Shown here: in pieces, positions 43,202 to 51,747 of the stretch
How the letters are laid out: each line of letters opens with the position of its first letter
Position numbering within the stretch: the stretch's first letter is position 1
Source of the DNA: Saprospiraceae bacterium
GTDB taxonomy: Bacteria; Bacteroidota; Bacteroidia; Chitinophagales; Saprospiraceae
Direction: 5' to 3'
DNA length: 51,747 bases
Assembly: GCA_043764555.1 (NCBI GenBank)
Contig: JAYUKJ010000441.1
Coordinates: 1-51,747, forward strand
Position numbers and translations under genes: made by a program
The notes under the pieces: generated by a model
What the model saw: the letters and a program-made list of their open reading frames with translations, nothing else
Database searches by the model: none
What the model was told of the DNA's origin: nothing

Positions 43202-44593
43202 TTATTCAACCGCCAAAACCTTGATTTCTACCCGACGGTTCAATTCTTCTTGGTGTTCGTTGATGGGTTCAGGATATTTCATTTGCGAATTGCCGTAGCC
43301 TTTGCTTGTGATTTGGGTTTCCGAAAAACCATTTTTAATCAAAAACTTACGAATCGTCAAAGCGCGTTTTGTGGAAATCAAAAACTCGTCTTTTGGCAAT
43401 TTTTTAGGCTCAACGCCCGGTGCATTCACGTGTCCCGCAATCTCAATTGTGATGGTGTTGTTGAGTTCCATAAAACGCAAAATTTTCGCCATTTCTGTAT
43501 CCGAAGACTTCAATAAAGTCGCTTCGTTGCCCACAAAATACAAGTTCGTAATCGTTGCCACGCTGCCGACTTTCAACGGTTGAAGGTCAACCCGTTGCGC
43601 CAAATTGGGCTTAATCACCACATCTTGCGAATTGTAGAAATAGCCTTTTGCAAACACATCCATCGTGACAATTTCGTCAAAAGAACACAACAACTTATAC
43701 GTCCCGTCTTCTTCCGTTGTCATCGAATCGACTTTGCCATTGAGGTGTTTTACGAAGATTGTGGCAGGAATACCCGCTTTTGAGTCTCTATTCTGAATCA
43801 CACCTTGCAAAAAAGGCTTGGCGTCGGGTGCAACTTTTGGTGTTTCCACAACGGCTTTTTTGGAAGATTCGCCACCATTATTTGTGAACATTTTTTCAAA
43901 TGAAGACGACTCATTAAATGGCTTTTCATCACGATTTCCTACAGTCTGAATGGAGACAACAGGCTTTTCGACAATCACTCGTTTTTCAATAATGACGGGT
44001 TTTTCGACGATTTTTTCCACCGTTTGAATCTGAATGACAGGCTTTTCGACAATCACTTGCTTTTCAACAATGACTGGTTTTTCAACGATGCGTTCAACCG
44101 TCTGAATCTGAATCACAGGCTTTTCGACAATCACTTGTTTTTCAACAATTTTGATGTTCTCAGGCGCGGGTTCATATACTTCTACGGACGCACGGCGGTT
44201 CATTTTACGCCCCGTTTCCGTGTAATTTTCCGCCAAAGGCTTGTCTTTTCCGAAAGTTGACGCCATCAAAGCGTCGGGCGAAACGCCTTTAGATATGAAA
44301 AAGTATTTTACAGCATTGGCACGTTTATCCGACAAAATATAGTTGTCTTGTTGGCTGCCGTTGCCGTCAGTGTGCGCCGTAATGCGGATTTTCAGACGGT
44401 CGTTTTGCTTGTATTTAGCAACGATTTGCTGAAGCTGATGGCTAACATCGGGTGTCAAATTAGCTTTTGAAGACTCAAAATAGATGTCCATTTTGTCGGC
44501 TAACCTAAGGTTGTCGAGGACATTTTGAGCGTAAGTGGACACCGTGAAGGTGAAGAAGAAAAGGAGTGTGAACAGTTTATCTATTTTTCTCAT
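43202..44593 (-). CDS. OmpA-family protein with two OmpA_C-like domains and an internal VEKPVI-rich repeat region
   Basis: N-terminal OmpA_C-like block (ITAHTDGNGSQQDNYILSDKRANAV...NRRASVEVY), C-terminal block (IAGHVN...STKRALTIRKFL...NRRVEIKVL), signal peptide. Confidence 0.8.
   Translation of the reverse strand: MRKIDKLFTLLFFFTFTVSTYAQNVLDNLRLADKMDIYFESSKANLTPDVSHQLQQIVAKYKQNDRLKIRITAHTDGNGSQQDNYILSDKRANAVKYFFISKGVSPDALMASTFGKDKPLAENYTETGRKMNRRASVEVYEPAPENIKIVEKQVIVEKPVIQIQTVERIVEKPVIVEKQVIVEKPVIQIQTVEKIVEKPVIIEKRVIVEKPVVSIQTVGNRDEKPFNESSSFEKMFTNNGGESSKKAVVETPKVAPDAKPFLQGVIQNRDSKAGIPATIFVKHLNGKVDSMTTEEDGTYKLLCSFDEIVTMDVFAKGYFYNSQDVVIKPNLAQRVDLQPLKVGSVATITNLYFVGNEATLLKSSDTEMAKILRFMELNNTITIEIAGHVNAPGVEPKKLPKDEFLISTKRALTIRKFLIKNGFSETQITSKGYGNSQMKYPEPINEHQEELNRRVEIKVLAVE
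43946..44160. repeat. In-frame 78-bp (26-aa) tandem repeat x~2.7 inside the OmpA-family CDS
   Basis: CTGAAT(C/G)(T/G)(G/A)A..ACAGGCTTTTCGACAATCAC recurs at ~43946, ~44024, ~44103. The protein repeat is VEKQVIVEKPVIQIQTVE(R/K)IVEKPVI. Confidence 0.85.
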
Positions 44594-44688
44594 AATTACC
44601 GGTTTTAAATTTCATGTAAATTTTTTTATAGCAGTAATTTTGTATAACAAATAAAAAGCCAGTTTATGATTTCGTTTTCTGAAAAAAG

Positions 44689-44705
44689 GGACCCCTCAGT
44701 ATAAA
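44689..44705 (+). repeat. Dispersed motif, exact 17-mer
   Basis: GGACCCCTCAGTATAAA, intergenic. Confidence 0.9.
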
Positions 44706-44891
44706 GCCATTCAAAGGGCGTTTTTTAACATTTTTTTAGCTTTTATTTCTAAATAATTCGTTCTTTTGGACTTTATAAATTGATAGCATCCTTGTAAATC
44801 ATTTTAAAAACGCGGCTAAATGGGGGACTACATTTTTTCTTTTGGCATTGATGCCAAAAAAGTCAAATCGGCTAACTTTAATGAAAATTTA

Positions 44892-44907
44892 GGACCCCTC
44901 AGTATAA
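44892..44907 (+). repeat. Dispersed motif copy
   Basis: GGACCCCTCAGTATAA, same orientation as the copy 203 bp upstream. Confidence 0.9.
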
Positions 44908-44981
44908 CGACTCAAAAAATCGTTTTACATTTGTAAACTGAAAATTCTACACAATTTTAATCATCAAAAATCCATTTACTC

Positions 44982-45410
44982 ATGGAAAAACATACTATCG
45001 GAGGATTGAAAAAAATCCTCGTCGCTTCGTCGAATTTCTACGACATTGCCGACTATTTTCTCATCATCACCGAGACCAATATAGATGCGCTTGATGGAAA
45101 ACCGGGTAAAAATAAGCCCTTGCGTGAACTTATCGGCGCCACGGTCACCCAAATCTGTCACAGCCAAGGCATTACCAAAAAAAGCGAGACAATCGTATTG
45201 GTAGGTTTTATGATGATAGAAGTGAAGCAACGCTACTTTTGGCACGGTTCGGGTCTGATTAATGGCAAAGACATTATGTCATTTTTCTATTTCGCCGATT
45301 TAGACAAGGGCTTAATTTCTGTCTCCAAAGGCAGTAATAACTTTTTCGCCCGAGTAACGGTCAAAGGGCTGCCAACGACTAATCCTTTGGAGGATTTTAG
45401 CGACAATTGA
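44982..45410 (+). CDS. Hypothetical protein (142 aa)
   Basis: Clean ORF followed by a motif copy and a strong terminator. No domain recognised. Confidence 0.5.
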   Translation: MEKHTIGGLKKILVASSNFYDIADYFLIITETNIDALDGKPGKNKPLRELIGATVTQICHSQGITKKSETIVLVGFMMIEVKQRYFWHGSGLINGKDIMSFFYFADLDKGLISVSKGSNNFFARVTVKGLPTTNPLEDFSDN

Positions 45411-45411
45411 G

Positions 45412-45428
45412 GGACTCCTCAGTATAAA
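45412..45428 (+). repeat. Dispersed motif copy, CTCC variant
   Basis: GGACTCCTCAGTATAAA, starting 2 nt after the TGA stop. Confidence 0.85.
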
Positions 45429-45437
45429 ATCGAAAAA

Positions 45438-45477
45438 ACCGCTTTGCAAAACGAATGTTTGCAAAGCGGTTTTTTTG
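45438..45477. terminator. Bidirectional terminator between convergent genes
   Basis: 13-bp stem ACCGCTTTGCAAA / TTTGCAAAGCGGT with A6 and T7 flanks. Confidence 0.85.
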
Positions 45478-45480
45478 ATT

Positions 45481-46287
45481 TTATTTTGACACATCCGCTG
45501 CTTGTTTTTGATAGGGATGATTGGGCGTATTTTTGATTTTTTCAAACAATAAACGCGCTTTGTCGCCTTGTTTTTCGGACAGTGCCAAAGCCAAATACCA
45601 TTCTGCTTTTGGTTGCCATTCTGTGTCCCTCAACTGGCTCAATTGGGTGAGAATAGGGACGGCTTTTTCCGCTTGTTCGGTCGCCAAATAGGCATTTGCT
45701 TGAAAAAATAGGGCATCATACTGAGGGGTCCTAATTTTTTCAAAATAGACCAACGCGGCTTCATATTCGCCGTTATCGTAGAGCGAAAATGCTTTTTCAA
45801 TATCACTTTTTTGGGTATTTTCACGCACCGTCGGCTGGGCATAGTTGCGATAAGGTCTGAATGTAGCGGCATAAGTACGCTCCGTTTCTGCCGTTTTTTT
45901 CTGCCGAATAAAATACATGGTTGCGCCACAAATGCCGAGTAATAAAGTTGCCGCAATTGCCAACTGTTGCATGAAAGAAACACCCTTTGGCGCTTTAGAC
46001 CTAAGGGGTCTTTTTGAGACAAATGGCGTTTTAGTATCGATTGATTTAACCGCTGATTTAATCACTTTTCCTGCTTGCAATGTCGCTTCTTCTGCCTGCA
46101 ACAAGGTTTTTAAGTTGCCGTCGCCGAAGGCTTTTATCGCCACAACTGCTGCTTCATACCGCTTCACTTCGGCTGCAAAATCGGCATCCGAAAGGCGTTG
46201 ATTGAAGGTCATTAACTCGCTGGTTGTCAATGTGTTATCGAGTTTTTTCTCAATCAGCAATTGGTCTATTTCCGTTAGCTTGTACAT
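45481..46287 (-). CDS. Putative anti-sigma factor: N-terminal cytoplasmic domain, one TM, TPR-like outer domain
   Basis: Starts 13 nt after the ECF sigma gene. TM segment LAIAATLLLGICGATMYFI. C-terminal TPR-like helices (YDNGEYEAALVYFEKI..., ANAYLATEQAEKAVPIL). Confidence 0.55.
   Translation of the reverse strand: MYKLTEIDQLLIEKKLDNTLTTSELMTFNQRLSDADFAAEVKRYEAAVVAIKAFGDGNLKTLLQAEEATLQAGKVIKSAVKSIDTKTPFVSKRPLRSKAPKGVSFMQQLAIAATLLLGICGATMYFIRQKKTAETERTYAATFRPYRNYAQPTVRENTQKSDIEKAFSLYDNGEYEAALVYFEKIRTPQYDALFFQANAYLATEQAEKAVPILTQLSQLRDTEWQPKAEWYLALALSEKQGDKARLLFEKIKNTPNHPYQKQAADVSK
45718..45731 (-). repeat. Dispersed motif copy inside the anti-sigma CDS
   Basis: ATACTGAGGGGTCC, read on the minus strand as RTPQYD. 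Confidence 0.85.
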
Positions 46288-46300
46288 TATTTTAAATGAA

Positions 46301-46876
46301 TTAATGGTTTTCTAAAATTTCTTTCAAAGCTTTCAAACACCTTGATTTTTGAACACTCACACTATTTTCGGATTGATAGTTCAGTTGCTCCTTAATTTGA
46401 GGGATGGAATAGCCTTGATAAAAGAACAATTCCAACACTTTTTGGCACGACGGCGGCAACTGTTCGAGCGCGTGACCGACGTGTTGTTTTTGAATTTGAT
46501 ACGTTTCTTCCTCAATGAGCAATTGCAGAAAATGCGGGTCTTGGGGCAAGTCTGCTTCGCTTGGTTCAGCAACTAATTGTACTTTATGTTGCTGCAACAT
46601 TTGGCGCTTCAATTGTCGATAGCCGATGGCAAAAATGTACGTTTTTGCGGACGAAGTAAGGTTTTGGAGGCGTCCTGAGACGATATTCCGATAAAAAGCG
46701 ACCAAGGCATCTTGGTAGGCATCGGCGGCGTCGGCCTCCGAACACGATACAAAACGCCTCACCCACACCTTGAATTCGGCCGCGTAGAGCGGATAAATAC
46801 GGCGCAATGTGGTCTCTCTGCCTTCGAGAATTTCGGCGATTATGTTGTTGTCTGCGTGGCTGTTCGTCGTTGTCAC
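46301..46876 (-). CDS. ECF-type RNA polymerase sigma-70 family factor
   Basis: Region 2 (DAYQDALVAFYRNI...YIFAIGYRQ) and region 4 HTH (LELFFYQGYSIPQIKEQLNYQSENSVSVQKSRCLKALKE). Confidence 0.85.
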   Translation of the reverse strand: MTTTNSHADNNIIAEILEGRETTLRRIYPLYAAEFKVWVRRFVSCSEADAADAYQDALVAFYRNIVSGRLQNLTSSAKTYIFAIGYRQLKRQMLQQHKVQLVAEPSEADLPQDPHFLQLLIEEETYQIQKQHVGHALEQLPPSCQKVLELFFYQGYSIPQIKEQLNYQSENSVSVQKSRCLKALKEILENH

Positions 46877-47233
46877 AAGCTGTTTGTTTAAAATGTAGCG
46901 GCTGCAATATTCGACGAAATTAGGAAAAAAACGATTAATGGTATTAAAAATGAAATAAAAAATTTTGACATAAAGTGAAAAGGGCTGTCAGCCGTTGGCT
47001 TTTAGCTTTTGAAATAATGTGAACAAATGATTCTTGTTTGTAAAAGTTGACAGCTAATTACGGATGGTTTTCAGCTTTTTTCTACCACTTAATGGTTAAA
47101 TTGCGTTGAACCTTAGCAGTTTTTTGAAAAAAAAATAATTATTTTATACACGGTGTATCAAGTTTGTTAACTTTGGGTTTATCAAATCAGAAACAGTTCC
47201 ACCACCAAATCAAAGAACAACACACGCTTTTTT

Positions 47234-47300
47234 ATTCCAAATTCCAGATTCCAAATTCCAGATTCCGCATTTGAAATTTGGCATCTGAAATCTGGAATTC
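47234..47300. repeat. GGAATTTGAAAT-family satellite, locus 3: direct TTCCAAATTCCAGA x2 followed by inverted ...GAAATTTGG..GAAATCTGGAATT
   Basis: Read directly. Lies in the divergent ECF-sigma / S8-peptidase intergenic region. Confidence 0.85.
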
Positions 47301-47386
47301 TCCTTATCCCATGATTTATTCTAAAAAACAATTCAAATACTGCTAAGATTCACGTCGTAGCGGGTATTAATGTGTTTAAAATGCCC

Positions 47387-47402
47387 TTTATACTGAGGGG
47401 TC
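47387..47402 (-). repeat. Dispersed motif copy
   Basis: TTTATACTGAGGGGTC, 58 nt upstream of the S8 peptidase start. Confidence 0.9.
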
Positions 47403-47460
47403 TTAAAAATCACTTATTTTATTCAATCTATTTTCTAACAAAACTTAAAACAAAGTACAG

Positions 47461-48867
47461 ATGAAAAAACTACTTTTATTTCTGCTCTTTTTGCTTTTGC
47501 TCCTTTTGGCTGTTTTTATCTGCAGATATTGTACTTCCCCCGTTGTTGACAATAAACCGCATGTTCCAACCACTGTTTGTAACGAAATGGGTGTAAAAAA
47601 CACATCAAAGTCCTCATTTAAACAATGCTTTCGGCAAAATGAATTCGTTGTTACTTTCCCCGATAACGCGGACAGTATTGTTATGCGTGATTACTTACTC
47701 AGAAGAGGTTTGAAGTATATGTCAACTTGCCCATGTTCCAAATTGCTTCAATTGTGGGGAGGCACGCAGTTAATTCCTGATGGTAAAGAGCCGCCGCCGC
47801 CGCCAATACCGAGTGGGGGTAATGTTGTCAAAAATTTTATAGTTATGGAGATAGATTCCTTGCTTAAATCGGGATTTGATACGCTCCGACGCGCCATCCA
47901 ACCTGTGCTTAATGCTGGTACGCCTCAAGTAACCATTGGTATTGTGGATTCTGGTGTGGACCCAAGTGAGGATGAATCGAGTCCTTTTCACTTTTTATTT
48001 AAGCAGGTGGGGAATCCATTTATGTGCTTATCGGATATTTTAAAAGAGGGGAATTATGGGGCAAATCTTATCAATAGAACGGGCAATCCCACTGAATTGG
48101 AGCCACTTGATACTGATGGACATGGTACTTTTATTAACGGTATTCTCGCGCACAAAGAAAAACCTCCAATGGGTTATACTGGTACTAATAGCTATACTGG
48201 TGAAAATGAAGGCGTCTATTTAAGACTTCTGCACGCGCGTTTTGTGAAAGATAGAAGGACAGAAGCGACACTTTTTGACGCGCTGTGTGGCGTGCATTAT
48301 GTGTTGAGTAAAGGCGCAAAAGTCGTCAATGCAAGCTGGCGTTCTTTGGCAAACAATGCTAATCGGGATTCCATGAGAAAAGCTTTTTTGCCAACTTTAC
48401 AGGCAATTAAAGATGCGAATGCAATCTTAGTCACGGGAGCAGGGAATGATGCATTAACTGACCCAACGAATGATTTTGACGTAAATGTTTTTCCTGCTTC
48501 ATTTTCGGCAGACCCTACTTTTGGCAAATACGTTATTGCGGTAGGTGCATGGGATTTGAACGCCAATAAAGTAGCCGCGTTCTCAAACCAAGGTAAATTT
48601 GTGGACATTTATGCGCCCGGAGTGGACATCGCAAGCACTGGGTTAGGTAGTGCTAAGTTGTTAGGTTCTGGTACATCCTATGCCACACCTTTTGTCAGCC
48701 GACTCGTAGCAATTACTTTAGGGAAAGGCGTGCCTTTTGATAAAGTAAAAAAAGTTATTATGGATAATGCTCTGAATACAAGTGTTGTACCCAGTTACAG
48801 TTCCAATCCGTTAAAAATGTTGAGTCATCAAAATAGCTTAATTGCAGTACAGGCTGGGATTTTCTGA
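47461..48867 (+). CDS. Subtilisin-like serine peptidase (S8) with N-terminal membrane anchor and Pro-rich linker
   Basis: Catalytic triad contexts IGIVDSGVD, DGHGTFINGIL, GSGTSYATPFVS. N-terminus MKKLLLFLLFLLLLLLAVFIC. Linker EPPPPPIPSG. Confidence 0.88.
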   Translation: MKKLLLFLLFLLLLLLAVFICRYCTSPVVDNKPHVPTTVCNEMGVKNTSKSSFKQCFRQNEFVVTFPDNADSIVMRDYLLRRGLKYMSTCPCSKLLQLWGGTQLIPDGKEPPPPPIPSGGNVVKNFIVMEIDSLLKSGFDTLRRAIQPVLNAGTPQVTIGIVDSGVDPSEDESSPFHFLFKQVGNPFMCLSDILKEGNYGANLINRTGNPTELEPLDTDGHGTFINGILAHKEKPPMGYTGTNSYTGENEGVYLRLLHARFVKDRRTEATLFDALCGVHYVLSKGAKVVNASWRSLANNANRDSMRKAFLPTLQAIKDANAILVTGAGNDALTDPTNDFDVNVFPASFSADPTFGKYVIAVGAWDLNANKVAAFSNQGKFVDIYAPGVDIASTGLGSAKLLGSGTSYATPFVSRLVAITLGKGVPFDKVKKVIMDNALNTSVVPSYSSNPLKMLSHQNSLIAVQAGIF

Positions 48868-48918
48868 AAAAGTCGAATACAGTTTCTTAGAGATGTGTCA
48901 TAAAATTAGAACAACCGC

Positions 48919-48948
48919 AAGGGTTATTTTCATCTGAGAATAACCCTT
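48919..48948 (+). other. Hairpin between the S8 and TPR-CHAT genes
   Basis: 10-bp perfect stem AAGGGTTATT / AATAACCCTT with a 10-nt loop and no clear T-run. Confidence 0.5.
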
Positions 48949-48965
48949 AATTACTTTCTTAAAAA

Positions 48966-51747
48966 ATGCGATATTTTACTATTATTCTATTAATTATTGT
49001 CATGTCTGCTTGCTCAAATCAAAGCAGTACACTTAGTAATGATATACGCCTTGATGAGTCCATCCAAAGGCTCAGTGAACTTAGTCTTAAACAATCTAAA
49101 GACACCTTACTGCTTAATTTTGCTTTGACGGAGGCTTATCAAGTTGCTGATAAATATAAACATCGAACGCATGATTCTTTAATCGCCATAACAACACGTC
49201 TTTTAGGTAATGCTTATTTAGCTACGAAGCCTCAAATAGCGCGTTTTCATTACGAAAAAGGTTTGCGGTTTGGCACAAGGTATTTGAGCCTAAATGAAGA
49301 TATAATAACCCGTTTATATCGGAATATGGCACTAACATATTACATTAATCAAGACTACAAAACGGCATTAATCTATTATGATTCCGTTAAAATTACGAAG
49401 GATGATAGCACGGCGCAAGTCATGAAAATTAGTACTTTAATGGACGTGGCAGAATGTTACAAAAATATCAATGACTACAAATCAGCTGAAAAACTTTTTA
49501 AAGAAGCAGAGCCGTTAGCAGAAAAATGGCAGAAAAATACGTCTTTAGCCAGTTTTTATAACCAATATTCAAGTTGCCTTAGAAAATTAAAAAAGTTTCA
49601 AAATGCCCTCCAAAAGGCTCAAAAAGGCATGGTTGTCTTACAAAAAGGGGCAGTTAAGACATCTTTTTCTAAATATGATTCGCTTATTTTTGCCAATATT
49701 TTGTACAGTATGGGCTATACTTTAAATGATTCAGGTGCTTACGAGGCAGCTGAACCTTACTATATCAAAGCTATGTCCATCTATCGAAAACAAAATAATT
49801 GGGATAATTATAAAAGAGGACTTACCAATTTAGGATTCTTGTACCGCTTTAATAAAAAATTTGGAGAAGCTGAAAGCGTTTTAACCGAAGGCATTAATCT
49901 GTCGAGTCAATCGGCATTAGATGATAAAAGCATTGATTTAAAAGCCAGTTTTTACGTCAATCGAAGCGAGGTTTATTTGGAAACAAAACAATATAAAAAA
50001 GCCATTGCCGACCACGATTCAGCGATTCATTTTTTTACGCTTTACGGGAAAAAACCGTCATTAACTGCCATAATGATGCAAGCGCGACCCGTTTTGCTGT
50101 CTGTTTTAAGCGATAAAGCAAAAGCGTCTATTGCTTTAGCCGAAAATGGCTCTGATACTGAGGGGTATCAAAAAGCTTTAAAACTAACCCAACAAAGCAT
50201 ACAATTAGCCGATGATATTCGCGCCGATTATTTCTCCGATGAGGCTAAATTGACTTTGGCCAATGACATCAAACCCGCGCTGGAAAAAGCAATTTCGGTC
50301 TGTCAAAAATTGTATCAAAAGACCAACGATAAACAATATTTAGAACAAGCGTTTGGCTTTGTGGAATACAGCCGAAGCATGGTTTTATATGAAAATGCCC
50401 GACTCGACAATCAATTACCATCGAATTTAAAGGCAGAAAATGAAGCATTGAAGAAGAAGGAAGCGGCTCTGATTGCTAATAATAACGTCGAAGATTTGCA
50501 AAATTATTTGCGCTTAAAAAGGCAATTTAGAGAAAAAATAAAAGCCTTAAATCGCAATCAATTAGCCACCATTTCTGAATTGAAAACCGCCTTAATTAAA
50601 GACGATAAAACGGCGTTAATTGAGTTTTTTGTGGGCGATTCAGCCGTTTTTGTTTTTACTTTAGTCAAAAATGATTTGACATTAATCGAATTAAAAAAGC
50701 AAAAAGATTTTGATAAACAAATAGAAAATTTGCGTCAACACATTACGCAAGCCAATCCTGTACGTAATGCGGAAGTATTTGAAAAACAAGCGAAAAATCT
50801 TTACAACACGTTGTTAATCAACACTATAGCGCAATTGCCAACGACCGTCAATCAATTAATTATGGCGCCCGACGGTGTTTTAAATTATTTACCTTTTGAA
50901 ATTCTAATAAAAGAGGACCCCTCAGTATATTTGAAGAATTCCCAAAATTTTAAGGATTCCAATGGAGGAAAACCGTCAAAAGATTCATCATTCATCGTTC
51001 ATCACTCATCATTCCAAAAAGTAGATTTTTTAATTAAAAACTATCAAATTTCTTACGCTTATTCTGCCAATTTATTGTTGGAACAAAAGCGGATTAAAAC
51101 GGAATCGGCGCCCAAATTATTCGCAGGTTTTGCGGCAAAATATGAGAATAAAGACACGACTTACGCTTACGCCGACGTAAGCCGTGCCGTCCTCACGCGA
51201 GACGGGGCGTATGAGTTGAAAGGGGCAACGGAAGAAGTAAAAACCATCAGCGATTTGGTCGGCGGACAAGCCTTCGTCAACGAGTTCGCTACTGAGGAGT
51301 CCTTTAAAAAAGAAGCCAATCAGTACCGAATTTTGCACTTCGCTATGCACTCCTTGACGGACGATAAAGACCCGTCGTTAAGCAAATTGCTCTTCACGCT
51401 CACGCCAAAAGACACCACAAACGACAACGATTTGACTGCCGCCGAACTCTACGCCACGTCCTTAAAGGCCGACCTCGCCGTCCTAAGTGCTTGTAACACA
51501 GGCTTTGGTACATTAAATAAAGGGGAAGGTGTGATGAGTCTCGCTCGTGCTTTCACCTACGCGGGCGTCCCGTCAACGGTCACGAGTCTTTGGAAAGTTC
51601 CTGATAGGGAGACGCGTGAAATCATGGTGGACTTCTACAAAAACCTAAAATCAGGCATGACTAAAGACGCCGCCTTGCGCCAAGCAAAACTCACTTATTT
51701 GGAAAATACGCCTGAATCCATAGCTGCAAATCCCTATTTTTGGGCAG
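48966..51747 (+). CDS. Lipoprotein TPR-repeat / CHAT-domain (caspase-like) protein, 3'-truncated by the window edge; absent from the ORF track
   Basis: Hand translation gives MRYFTIILLIIVMSACSNQ (lipobox-like), ~8 TPR-like helical pairs, then CHAT hallmarks: LIMAPDGVLNYLPFE, ILHFAMHS (His) and ADLAVLSACNTG (Cys), SLWKV.D. No stop codon from 48966 to 51747. Confidence 0.85.
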   Translation, partial: MRYFTIILLIIVMSACSNQSSTLSNDIRLDESIQRLSELSLKQSKDTLLLNFALTEAYQVADKYKHRTHDSLIAITTRLLGNAYLATKPQIARFHYEKGLRFGTRYLSLNEDIITRLYRNMALTYYINQDYKTALIYYDSVKITKDDSTAQVMKISTLMDVAECYKNINDYKSAEKLFKEAEPLAEKWQKNTSLASFYNQYSSCLRKLKKFQNALQKAQKGMVVLQKGAVKTSFSKYDSLIFANILYSMGYTLNDSGAYEAAEPYYIKAMSIYRKQNNWDNYKRGLTNLGFLYRFNKKFGEAESVLTEGINLSSQSALDDKSIDLKASFYVNRSEVYLETKQYKKAIADHDSAIHFFTLYGKKPSLTAIMMQARPVLLSVLSDKAKASIALAENGSDTEGYQKALKLTQQSIQLADDIRADYFSDEAKLTLANDIKPALEKAISVCQKLYQKTNDKQYLEQAFGFVEYSRSMVLYENARLDNQLPSNLKAENEALKKKEAALIANNNVEDLQNYLRLKRQFREKIKALNRNQLATISELKTALIKDDKTALIEFFVGDSAVFVFTLVKNDLTLIELKKQKDFDKQIENLRQHITQANPVRNAEVFEKQAKNLYNTLLINTIAQLPTTVNQLIMAPDGVLNYLPFEILIKEDPSVYLKNSQNFKDSNGGKPSKDSSFIVHHSSFQKVDFLIKNYQISYAYSANLLLEQKRIKTESAPKLFAGFAAKYENKDTTYAYADVSRAVLTRDGAYELKGATEEVKTISDLVGGQAFVNEFATEESFKKEANQYRILHFAMHSLTDDKDPSLSKLLFTLTPKDTTNDNDLTAAELYATSLKADLAVLSACNTGFGTLNKGEGVMSLARAFTYAGVPSTVTSLWKVPDRETREIMVDFYKNLKSGMTKDAALRQAKLTYLENTPESIAANPYFWA
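50155..50166 (-). repeat. Dispersed motif copy inside the TPR-CHAT CDS
   Basis: ATACTGAGGGGT, translated as DTEGY. Confidence 0.75.
50915..50929 (+). repeat. Dispersed motif copy inside the TPR-CHAT CDS
   Basis: GGACCCCTCAGTATA, translated as EDPSVY. It opens a ~110-nt low-complexity in-frame stretch. Confidence 0.85.
51290..51302 (-). repeat. Dispersed motif copy, GGAG variant, inside the TPR-CHAT CDS
   Basis: TACTGAGGAGTCC, translated as ATEESF. Confidence 0.65.

Noticed and set aside
48966-51747. TPR-CHAT protein as a type III-E CRISPR Csx29/Craspase-like protease
   Set aside because: The protein has a lipoprotein-type export signal. No CRISPR array, cas7-11 or csx30/31-like genes are in the window, and the neighbours are an S8 peptidase and an ECF/anti-sigma pair.

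Overview
51.7-kb chromosomal window, most likely from a member of Bacteroidota. Evidence for that: a T9SS C-terminal sorting domain, a TTTG-N19-TAnnTTTG promoter box, and the overall gene content. Housekeeping genes present are mraZ-rsmH, kdsD-like, lipA, ung, rdgB and groES-groEL. They are interleaved with surface and secreted proteins: an M43 and an M28 peptidase, an OmpA-family protein, LRR/WG-repeat and beta-barrel proteins. Also present are a LytS/LytTR two-component pair and five orphan PD-(D/E)XK-type nucleases.

Two accessory modules stand out. (1) A 1172-aa LRR-Roc-COR-TIR protein (11120-14638, minus strand) sits next to toxin-antitoxin and AlbA_2 gene remnants. (2) An ECF sigma / anti-sigma pair is divergent from a membrane-anchored S8 peptidase and a lipoprotein TPR-CHAT protein. 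The TPR-CHAT gene runs off the 3' window edge and is absent from the ORF track.

The most striking sequence-level feature is a non-palindromic 17-nt word, GGACCCCTCAGTATAAA. It occurs about once per kb in both orientations: 13 exact 17-mers, 43 exact copies of the 11-nt core, about 51 copies with variants. Copies are solo next to terminator hairpins, or inverted termini of 68-146-bp MITE-like hairpin elements, or in frame inside at least nine coding sequences, including two signal peptides.

Intergenic DNA is also unusually rich in micro- and minisatellites. These have 7-, 8-, 13-, 14-, 15-, 23- and ~37-bp units, and one GGAATTTGAAAT-type family occurs at three loci. Coordinates of small features were counted by hand and may be off by 1-2 nt.
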